DNA from: Octopus bimaculoides
Lineage: Eukaryota
Assembly: GCF_001194135.2 (NCBI RefSeq)
Contig: NC_068986.1
Span: 74,505,720 to 74,569,719, forward strand
Reading direction: 5' to 3'
DNA length: 64,000 nt
Below, one piece after another: positions 63,909-64,000 of this stretch. Position numbers and translations under genes: made by a program. How positions within the stretch are numbered: the first letter of the stretch is position 1; each line of letters opens with the position of its first letter. The notes beneath the pieces were generated by a model. It was not told the DNA's origin and searched no databases. It saw only the letters and a list, made by a program, of their open reading frames with translations.

Positions 63909-63946
<38 letters not shown>
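63540..63946 (-). mobile_element. Short tRNA-headed element with (AAT)n linker and Penelope-like tail; head inverted
   Basis: tRNA-like head gcatatggggtagtgtttaagagcgcggg...gagttcgattcc on + (63818-63890); its 3' end in reverse (attcaggtcac) abuts (ATT)n and a minus-strand tail containing CTGATGA...GAAA. Confidence 0.65.
63613..63656 (-). ncRNA. Minimal type I hammerhead ribozyme-like motif (Penelope-type), probably inactivated
   Basis: Minus strand ACAC-CUGAUGA-A-GGCUG(gacggucuau)UAGCC-GAAA-UG-UU-GUGU: 4 bp stem I, core, 5 bp stem II and GAAA. Stem III is reduced to AUGU, one CpG transition from the palindrome ACGU. Confidence 0.55.
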
Positions 63947-63950
<4 letters not shown>

Positions 63951-64000
63951 AAAAGAGGGAGGATGATAGAGATGTGGCCCTCCTGATATAGGAACGTCTC

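Overview
AT-rich, microsatellite-laden animal genomic DNA with 11 N-gaps. The SINE repertoire and repeat landscape suggest a cephalopod, probably Octopus (inference from recall, not a database hit). The only host gene I can support is the 3' end of a PLEKHH1/2 (MAX-1; PH-MyTH4-FERM) ortholog on +: its last two coding exons are at 11778-11930 and 13127-13210, so about 1-11.7 kb is probably intronic. The rest is a graveyard of mobile elements. There are four tRNA-derived SINE families (my labels A-D, >30 copies), Tc1, mariner and maT/DD37D transposons, a palindromic MITE and a ~3 kb Helitron remnant. There are also RTE, Tx1/L1, HERO, R4/Dong-like and Penelope retroelement fragments, a probable solo LTR and several minisatellites. 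Highlights: (i) a Penelope-type minimal hammerhead ribozyme motif in the tail of a tRNA-headed short element; (ii) three local self-templated inverted duplications; (iii) a head-to-tail run of RT-less ORF elements sharing their 3' end with SINE A; (iv) a CpG-decay boundary near 17 kb that looks like the edge of gene-body methylation. No prokaryotic-type systems, CRISPR arrays or rRNA/tRNA genes were seen. Family assignments rest on motif recognition from memory and need confirmation.
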